Shown here piece after piece: positions 62,421-64,000 of a stretch of DNA of 64,000 nucleotides. Made by a program: the position numbers and the translations under genes. The number at the start of each line of letters is the position of its first letter. The first letter of the stretch is position 1. The DNA lies in assembly GCA_902798835.1 (NCBI GenBank), contig CADBYN010000001.1, forward strand, positions 46,015 to 110,014. Direction: 5' to 3'. The notes beneath the pieces are model-generated. The model did no database searches and was not told the origin of the DNA. It saw only the letters and a list, made by a program, of their open reading frames with translations. This stretch comes from Candidatus Avelusimicrobium bubulum (lineage in GTDB: Bacteria; Elusimicrobiota; Elusimicrobia; Elusimicrobiales; Elusimicrobiaceae).

Positions 62421-63395
62421 ATGAAACAAATCCCGCACATCCGCGATTTACATAACATTTTAGTTCTACGGGGCGAGGGCTCGCTGGGGGATGCGGTGAT
62501 TTCCTCGTGTTGTTACCGCGGGCTCAAACGCGCCAATCCCGCGGCCAAAATTTCGGTAGCGTGTTTTGGCTCGAACTATGAATTTTTAAAAAACAACCCC
62601 TACATTGATACCGTTATCAAACTGCCTATTCCCAAACTTATCCGCCCTAATCAACGCTGGCTGACACTTATTTGGCAAGGACTCAAGTTGCGCCGGTATC
62701 ACTTTGATTTAGTATTGGATAGCTCGGACAAAGATTACAAAAACTGGCGTTTGTTTAAATGGCTGGCCGGCGGAAAACATGTGTTGGATTGTTTTACCAG
62801 CCCGGTGCAACCTTTTGGGGCGCCCCACGCGCACGGCAGCACGCACGAGCAAGCTATCTTGAAATTACTGGGCGTTGAAAACCCCGACAAAACGTATGAT
62901 TTGCCTGTCCCCCCCAAAGATGCCCGGGAAGTAGAAACCTGGTTGCAAACGCATCATATCAAAGATTTTATTTTGTTAAACCCTTCCGGCTCGGTAGAAA
63001 AGAGACGCTTTTCGGCCGCCACATTGCACAAATTGTGCGAGTTACTCACACGCTTTCAATGTCCGCTCATCGTGCCCGTAATGCCGTCTATGCAGAAGCA
63101 CTGGCAGACAATCTTTAACGACGTGCCGAACACGTACGTAAAACCTACCCAAAGTATTTTTGAATTATTCGAGTGGGTGCGCCGCGCTAAATTAGTCATC
63201 ACGCCGGATACTTCGGTGGTACATATTGCCGCAGGTTTCCAAAAACCAACGCTTGTATTTTATAATTCTTACTCGGTATATAACGCCCCCGATAATCCGC
63301 GCGCTTTAATCGTGCAAACGGACCGGGCCGATGTCAACAAGTTCGATTGGAAGGCGGTAGAAACCCAACTGCAAGCCCTACAAAAAACACTTTAA
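62421..63395 (+). CDS. glycosyltransferase family 9 (LPS heptosyltransferase-like)
   Basis: 324 aa. ILVLRGEGSLGDAV N-terminus and ITPDTSVVHIAAGFQKPTLVFY C-terminal GT9 motif. Confidence 0.75.
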   Translation: MKQIPHIRDLHNILVLRGEGSLGDAVISSCCYRGLKRANPAAKISVACFGSNYEFLKNNPYIDTVIKLPIPKLIRPNQRWLTLIWQGLKLRRYHFDLVLDSSDKDYKNWRLFKWLAGGKHVLDCFTSPVQPFGAPHAHGSTHEQAILKLLGVENPDKTYDLPVPPKDAREVETWLQTHHIKDFILLNPSGSVEKRRFSAATLHKLCELLTRFQCPLIVPVMPSMQKHWQTIFNDVPNTYVKPTQSIFELFEWVRRAKLVITPDTSVVHIAAGFQKPTLVFYNSYSVYNAPDNPRALIVQTDRADVNKFDWKAVETQLQALQKTL

Positions 63396-63418
63396 TATCG
63401 GCAGCTGCGCGGGCAAAG

Positions 63419-63447
63419 TTGCGTCTGAAATACGAATTTGCTAGAAT
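63419..63447 (+). promoter_or_regulatory. sigma70-type promoter for tRNA-His
   Basis: TTGCGT (63419-63424), 17-nt spacer ending TGc, TAGAAT (63442-63447). The tRNA starts 17 nt downstream. Confidence 0.55.
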
Positions 63448-63463
63448 AGAAATAGTGATTTAT

Positions 63464-63541
63464 GGTGGATGTAGCTCAGCTGGTTAGAGCGCCGGTCTGT
63501 GGAACCGGAGGTCGCGGGTTCAAATCTCGTCATCCACCCCA
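63464..63541 (+). tRNA. tRNA-His (GTG) with encoded G-1 and CCA
   Basis: Hand-folded: G-1, acceptor GTGGATG/CATCCAC, D stem GCTC/GAGC, anticodon stem CCGGT/ACCGG with loop CTGTGGA, T arm GCGGG-TTCAAAT-CTCGT, discriminator C, then CCA. Confidence 0.9.
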
Positions 63542-63551
63542 AATGATTTTT

Positions 63552-63583
63552 CCCCCAACGATGTGTTCGTTGGGGATTTTTTT
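63552..63583 (+). terminator. rho-independent terminator after tRNA-His
   Basis: CCCCAACG-atgtgtt-CGTTGGGG-ATTTTTTT. Confidence 0.75.
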
Positions 63584-63585
63584 GA

Positions 63586-63621
63586 ACAAAAAACTCCCCC
63601 CTGCTAAGCAGAGGGAGTTTT
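63586..63621 (-). terminator. rho-independent terminator after the hydrogenase gene
   Basis: Minus strand reads AACTCCC-TCTGC-tta-GCAG-GGGGGAGTT-TTTT (imperfect stem). Confidence 0.6.
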
Positions 63622-63652
63622 GTTAAAAACGCAACTTTACAAGAATACGTTG

Positions 63653-64000
63653 TTATTTTTGACCGGTTCTGTCTTTGCGGTCTTGATAGTGCGTATGCAA
63701 GAGCTCGTGTGCTTTATGATCGCCAATCTTTTTAAAGATACGCCCATAGAGCGCCATCACATCTTTGTTATCTTGCGATTTGTAAGACAACGTAGCATCC
63801 TCATCATACAAACCTTGCGCACGTTGTTTGCGAATTGCCCAACCTTCATATTGAGGTTGACCGGCACCCGCCACACAACCGCCGGGGCAAGACATCACTT
63901 CAATAAAATCATACTGTGCCTTACCGGCTTTGACGTCATCGAGGAGTTTGCGCGCGTTCTTGAGCCCGCTGGTTACGGCCACACGGATGGTATGTCCGGC
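63653..64000 (-). CDS. [FeFe]-hydrogenase catalytic subunit, C-terminal fragment (continues past window end)
   Basis: H-cluster motif EVMSCPGGCVAGAGQP plus the C-terminal tail. The frame stays open upstream of the track's internal Met to position 64000 (AGHTIRVAVTSG...). Confidence 0.8.
   Translation of the reverse strand, partial: AGHTIRVAVTSGLKNARKLLDDVKAGKAQYDFIEVMSCPGGCVAGAGQPQYEGWAIRKQRAQGLYDEDATLSYKSQDNKDVMALYGRIFKKIGDHKAHELLHTHYQDRKDRTGQK

Noticed and set aside
63538-63541. tRNA-His encodes its 3' CCA while tRNA-Asp and tRNA-Val do not
   Set aside because: The observation is real but is probably incidental or lineage-typical heterogeneity. Three tRNAs are too few to draw a conclusion.
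1-64000. Scanned for CRISPR arrays, IS elements, integrases, phage genes, toxin-antitoxin pairs and rRNA
   Set aside because: No regularly spaced repeats, no transposase, recombinase or phage-like ORFs, and no rRNA-like sequence were seen. The only repeat signals are the short tRNA-associated duplications reported above.

Overview
This is a gene-dense core-chromosome segment: 68 CDS (2 truncated at the window edges), 3 tRNAs, no rRNA. The host looks like an anaerobic diderm bacterium. The diderm call rests on lpxB, a GT9 heptosyltransferase, an Omp85-like protein and beta-barrel proteins ending in Phe. The anaerobe call rests on a K+-independent-type H+-pyrophosphatase, NfnAB-like oxidoreductase, a [FeFe]-hydrogenase fragment and L-serine dehydratase. 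I cannot assign taxonomy from sequence alone. Recognisable blocks include:
- rlmB-pfk-ispH-pdp-hppA-pgm
- murB and tRNA-Asp
- a translationally coupled pyrB-pyrC-carB-pyrK-pyrD-pyrF-pyrE operon with no carA
- ruvAB-(SpoIID-like)-queA
- nfnAB
- pheST flanked by ZapA/ZapB-like genes
- rarA-xseAB-tlyA
- murE-murD, tilS, uvrB, tRNA-Val
- lpxB-rel-(zinc-ribbon protein)
- ndk, gatCA-nudix, tandem mntP paralogs
- sdaA-(Cache-only protein)-GT9, tRNA-His

I found no CRISPR array, transposase, integrase, toxin-antitoxin pair or defence-island hallmark, and no convincing multi-gene novel system. The most interesting signals are non-coding or architectural:
1. A -10 hexamer (TAnAAT class) sits exactly 6 nt upstream of the ATG of at least nine genes, which is leaderless-mRNA geometry.
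2. Both tRNA-Asp and tRNA-Val are followed by a duplicated copy of their 3' end or trailer plus a second terminator. These bracket a 1.0-kb AT-richer single-gene insert and a 166-nt hairpin-rich insert respectively.
3. Several enzyme-fold proteins have substituted catalytic residues: purple-acid-phosphatase-like, alpha/beta-hydrolase, GH3-like and BirA-like.
4. A C-terminally truncated Rel is translationally coupled to lpxB and to a membrane zinc-ribbon protein.

CDS coordinates include the stop codon. Several starts were moved from the longest ORF to internal ATGs, using homology, SD or -10 context. All calls come from reading the sequence and translations by eye. No searches were run.
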